Below are positions 59,623 through 64,000 of a stretch of 64,000 nucleotides of DNA, in pieces; positions within the stretch are counted from its first letter, which is position 1, and every line of letters begins with the position of its first letter. Source of the stretch: Scenedesmus sp. PABB004 (taxonomy: Eukaryota); NCBI GenBank assembly GCA_014905635.1, contig JABVCE010000045.1, positions 1 through 64,000 on the forward strand. The letters run 5' to 3'. The translations under genes and the position numbers were made by a program. Below the pieces are notes generated by a model that did not search any database, was not told the origin of the DNA, and saw only the letters and a list, made by a program, of their open reading frames with translations.

Positions 59623-59954
59623 GGCCGGGGCGGCCGGGTCGCACTGCCGGGGAGCGTGCCGCGCGAAACTGTCGCCTGCGGGGGCTGCCGCTGCGTGCGG
59701 GCGTCGTGGGTTGCGGGGCGCGTCGCGCCAGCACTGTGGGGTGGCAGGGGAGGGCGGCGGCCTGCGTGCCCCGCCCGCCCGTCGGACATGCGGGCCCAGG
59801 GCCACGGCGCGGCAAGCCAACCGGCGCGCCGCGCTGCTGCCGACCCGGCTGGGCGCCGACGGTGCCGGGCCACGCTGGTCGCGGCGGCGGCGACGGCGGC
59901 GCGCGGCGGCGACGGCGGCGCGCGGCGGCGCCGGCGGCGGCGGGGCGGCGGCGG
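59478..59954 (-). repeat. Left arm of long inverted repeat (partner 62604-63057)
   Basis: Reverse complement of 62604-63057 apart from a 19-bp tandem duplication, a 4-bp indel and one substitution that I could see. Confidence 0.95.
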
Positions 59955-60029
59955 CCGCGCGCGCGCGGTCTGCGCCATGGCCGGCACCGCGTGCGCGACG
60001 CGAGCGAGGCCGAAGTGTGCCACACATCA

Positions 60030-60382
60030 TCACACCACGCCGCCGGCCACCGCCGCGACGTTGCTGTCGAGCGCGTCGAGCAGCTCGAGGCCGGCCAAGC
60101 CGTCGGCCGCGGCCGCGACAAACTCGGGCTCCGGCTCGTGGCCCATGCTGCGCAGCGCGGCCGCCACGGCCGCCAGCTCGCCCGGCGGCAGCAGTGTGAG
60201 CTTGCCGCGCAGCTGCGCCGCCGCAGCGTCCAGCCAGAGCGCGCTGGGCGCGGCGCCAGACGCCGCGAGCGCCCGCAGCAGGCGCGCCAGGTCGTCGGCG
60301 CCAAACATCGGCAGCTTGACCGCCGCCTCGCGCAGCAGCGCCGCGACCCACTCGCCGCTCGCCAGCGCCTGCGGCTCGCCCG

Positions 60383-60417
<35 letters not shown>

Positions 60418-62275
60418 AGCGACACGGCCGCACACAGCAGCGTCGCGAGGCCGGCCGGGTTGAGCCGCGGAAGCGCCTCGCGCGCCGCCCCGAGCAGCGG
60501 CGCCACCTCGCCCCCCGCGAGCGGCAGCCGCAGCGCGGCGAGGCCGGCCAGCAGCGCGGCGAGGTCGCGGGCGGCAAAGGCCCCCAGCTGCGCCCGCGCC
60601 GCTGCCAGCGCGGCGCGCGCCCACGCCACGCACGTCCAGCCGTCGCCGCTGGCGCCGTCGCTGTCGCCGCTGGCGCCGTCGCTGTCGCCGCTGGCGCTCC
60701 GCGCGGCGCCGCCCGCCAGGCGGCCCACCGCCGAGACGGCCGCGGCCAGCTGCCATGGCCGGTAGCGCGCCAGGCTGGGGCCGGTCGCAGCGAAGAGGCT
60801 GGCCAGCCAGCTCCGCGGCGGTGCCAGCCCGAGGTCGCCCAGCGCGCCCAGCAGCTCCACCTGGGCGGCCGCGTCGGCCGCGGCCAGCTCGGCCTGCGTG
60901 GCGCCCCACAGCGCCGCGGCAAACTGCGGCTTGGGCGCGTGCCGCGCCTCCGCGAGCGCCGCGAGCAGGCGCGCCACGTCGCTCAGCGCGCAGCCCGCCG
61001 CGCCGTCGCCGTCGGCCGCCGTCGGCTGCCGCGCCGGCGCGCGCCGCGGCTGCCCCGCCTCGCGCTGCCACTGCCCCTCGGCCGCGGGCAGGCCCGCCTG
61101 CCGCACGGCCTGCTCGATCAGGCACGCCACGGCGCGGTCCTCGAGGGTCTCCAGCCAGCTGGCCGCCGGCTTGACGCCCATCCCCACCAGCCCCGCCAGC
61201 AGCTGCCCGAGCTGGGGCAGCCCCGCCGTCGGCAGCTTGGCCAGCGCCTCCTGCGGGGCGCGCGCGCCGGGTGCGGCGGCGGGGTCGGGTCGGGGCGGCC
61301 AGCAGAGGCGCCGGCGCGCGGCGCGGCGCGCCGCACCTGCATGAAGGCGACGAGCCAGGGGTTGCTCGGCCGCACGCCGGCGCGCGCGAGGTTGGACACC
61401 AGGCCCGCGAGCTGCGTGCTCCGCAGCCCCGCGCGCAGGCCGTCGCGCGCGCCGCGGACCTCCAGCAGCGCCGCGAGCCGCGCCGGCTCGCTGTACTTGA
61501 GCGCCGCCAGGCTGCTGATGCAGCGCAGCAGCTGCCGCTCCGACAGCAGCTCGCGTGGAGCGGCGCCGTCGGCGCCGTCGGCGCCGTCGGCGCCGTCGGC
61601 GCCGTCGGCGGCCTGCGCGTGCCGGTCCAGCGCGGCGTAGGCCAGCGGCAGCAGCTGCTGCAGCGCCTGGTCCTCGACAAAGGCGCTGCTGTCGCCCACG
61701 CCGCCGCTGGCGGCGGCCCGGCCGATGGCGGCCATCTGATCAAGCAGGCTGAGCGTGTCGGCAGCGCTGAGCGCGGGGGCTGGCCGCTGTTCGGCCGGCT
61801 CCTGCTCCTGCTCGCCCGGCTGCTGCTCCTGCTCGCCCGGCTGCTGCTGCTGCTGCCGCTGTTGCTGCTGCTGCTGCTGCGCCTGCTGCTGCTGCTCCTG
61901 CTGGTCCCGCGCCAGCAGCACGAGCACCGCCTGGAAGGTGCGGCACGGCGCAAAACGGCCCGACCCGGCCGGCCCCGCCGCCCGAGCTCGCCCCTCCTGG
62001 CGCGGCCGCGCCTGCCGCGGCGGCCGGCCCTGCTGCTGCTGAGCCCGGCCCTGCTGCTGCCGCTGGCGCTGAAGCCAGCTCTGCACCGGGGGCGCCCGCC
62101 GCTCGAGCAGCGGGTCGTCGGGCGCTGCTGCCGGCGGCGGAGCCGGCGCGGGCTCGCCGCCCGGCTGCCGCCGCCGCCCGTTGACGCGCACGCTGCCGCG
62201 CTGCGTGCGGGGGAAGCTCGCCAGCGACGGCCCAGCGCCGCGCGGCTGCAGGGGGCAGGGGCGAACGACCTGCAT
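60030..62275 (-). CDS. Octotricopeptide-repeat (OPR)-like helical repeat protein, probably an organellar RNA-binding factor
   Basis: Recurrent LxxLxxL-G-x-x-P-x-x-x-W/F units: LARAGVRPSNPWL, LVGMGVKPAASWL, LGDLGLAPPRSWL, LAASGAAPSALWL, LRSMGHEPEPEF. Transit-like start MQVVRPCPLQPR. GT-AG intron at about 61337-61251. Confidence 0.75.
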
Positions 62276-62603
62276 TTCCCCAGCGCCCACGTCCGTCCAG
62301 CGGCGGGCGCCACGCGACGCGCCTCAGCCTCAGGACGCTCTCAGGATGCCCACGCGGAGCGAGCAGGCGCATGCGCCGCTCCCCGGCCGCTGCTGCTGCT
62401 CTGCGCCGCCGAGCGGCGCTGCTCCGCGACGCCCGTGCCCCGAGCTGCGGCTGCGGCGGCGGCGGCGGCGCCGTCTCTGGTGAGGCGCGCACTTCGGGGG
62501 CGGCTTGCCGGGGCGCAACAAGATCGACGCGGACGGAACCCCGTCGCCCGCGCTTTAGCCACGCGCGCAGGTCGCAGGTTGGCCGCGGCATCGCCGCCGC
62601 CGC

Positions 62604-63057
62604 CCGCCGCCGCCCCGCCGCCGCCGGCGCCGCCGCGCGCCGCCGTCGCCGCCGCCGCGACCAGCGTGGCCCGGCACCGTCGGCGCCCAGCCGGGTCGGC
62701 AGCAGCGCGGCGCGCCGGTTGGCTTGCCGCGCCGTGGCCCTGGGCCCGCATGTCCGACGGGCGGGCGGGGCACGCAGGCCGCCGCCCTCCCCTGCCACCC
62801 CACAGTGCTGGCGCGACGCGCCCCGCAACCCACGACGCCCGCACGCAGCGGCAGCCCCCGCAGGCGACAGTTTCGCGCGGCACGCTCCCCCGCAGTGCGA
62901 CCCGGCCGCCCCGGCCCATGCCGAGCGCGGCGCCGCCGCCCGTCGACTGCCCGCGCCAACCCCCGACCGCACCCGGCCAGCGCCATGCAGCTGCTGCGCA
63001 GGGCGCGCGCGAGCGCGCCGCATCGCTCGCGGGCCCCGCGGCGCCCAGGTGCGGCGC
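62604..63057 (+). repeat. Right arm of long inverted repeat (partner 59478-59954)
   Basis: See left arm; 454 bp of near-identical reverse-complement sequence. Confidence 0.95.
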
Positions 63058-63563
63058 GGCGCGAGTCCGCGCCGCGCGACCAGCGGCTGCCCCCGCGCGG
63101 GGTGCGGCTCTCGCCCGCCGCGCGCCACGCACCACGCGCCAGGCCAGCGGTCCTCGCCTCCGTGGTGGTCAGCCGGGCCAGCGGGAAGCCGCGCTTGGGC
63201 GGCGGCGTTGGTTGCGGTCGGCCAGCGCTGCTGCCGAGCAGCGCCGCCGCCGCCTTGCTGCGGAAGCTGCCTGACGACCCAGGATTGCACAGCTTGCCCA
63301 CTACCTTGGCAACGCGCTGCTGCGCCGCATTCGTGGGTCGCTGCGCGCGCGGCACTGGCCGCGGTGCGGTGATTTCGTCGCCTCTGGCCGCCGCGCGCCC
63401 CAGCCCCGCCGCGCCCGGCTGCCCGGCGCGTTGCCAAGCCAGTTTCCGGCCGCCACGCGCGCCGAGGAGCTTCCGTTTGCAGCGGTGGCGATGGTTGACC
63501 GCCAGTTGGCCGCGTAGGCCTCCAGCTCAGCCCAAACCCGCGCACTTTTCTCGCGCCAGGCGG

Positions 63564-63572
63564 CCTTATAGC
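63564..63572 (+). promoter_or_regulatory. Putative TATA-like box of the ICL gene
   Basis: CCTTATAGC is an isolated AT island about 115 bp upstream of the ICL ATG, followed ~20 bp later by pyrimidine-rich TTCACTCACC. Confidence 0.45.
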
Positions 63573-63682
63573 CCCCCCGCCGCCCTTCACTCACCCCACT
63601 CCGCTCCCCCGGCTCCACCGCGACCGCTGCCGCCAGCCCCCGCGCCCTCCCTGCCCGCCCGCCACCGCCGCGCGCCCGAGCC

Positions 63683-63890
63683 ATGGCGTCCTGCGCCGAC
63701 GACAAGCGCTGGGAGGGCGTGCGCCGCCTGTACACCAAGCAGGACGTGGAGCGCCTCCGGGGCAGCATCAAGATCGAGTACACGCTCGCCCGCCAGGGCG
63801 CGGAGCGCCTCTGGAGGCTGCTCCACACCGAGGACTACGTGCACGCCCTGGGCGCGCTGACGGGCAACCAGGCGGTGCAGCAGGTCCAGG
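63683..63890 (+). CDS. ICL1: Isocitrate lyase (short, bacterial AceA-like type), exon 1; gene continues beyond the window
   Basis: [60 protein letters not shown] is the conserved ICL N-terminus; donor G|GTGAGC at 63891. Confidence 0.95.
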
Positions 63891-64000
63891 GTGAGCCCTC
63901 GCGCCGCGCGGCGGGCGCGCGCCACGCCGGGCGGGGCGCCTGCGCGCGGTGTGATGGCGCGGTCCCGCCCGGCCGGCGCGCGCGGGCTGTGTCCGGCCGG

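Overview
This is nuclear DNA from an extremely GC-rich, intron-dense green alga (Chlorophyta, probably Chlorophyceae; inferred from LHCA1, the ICL type, the TGTAA poly(A) signal and GT/GC-AG introns). Most entries in the ORF track are stop-poor artefacts of the high GC content; real genes were reconstructed from splice sites and protein motifs. Bases 1-7545 are a ~150/172-bp satellite organised in higher-order blocks, each closed by a 66-bp retroelement-like tail. A 5'-truncated L1-type LINE (poly(A), TGTAA, 12-bp TSD) has inserted into one of those tails. About 18 tightly packed genes follow: a plastid membrane protein, a GRIP golgin, a hypothetical, ARP4, a ZIP transporter, Orange, a CCAR1/DBC1-like protein, another hypothetical, arogenate dehydrogenase, LHCA1, a large secreted Cys-repeat protein, a URT1-like TUTase, a DHHC palmitoyltransferase, a bZIP-like factor, DPY-30, an Mpv17/PMP22 protein, an OPR protein and the first exon of isocitrate lyase. 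The most notable observations are: (1) a near-perfect ~460-bp inverted repeat enclosing the OPR gene and placing the same upstream module in front of Mpv17/PMP22 and ICL; (2) the modular, exon-duplicated secreted Cys-repeat protein; (3) the satellite with nested retroelements; (4) a TyrA/LHCA1 tandem duplication; (5) frequent GC-AG introns. All calls come from reading the sequence by eye; no database searches were run.
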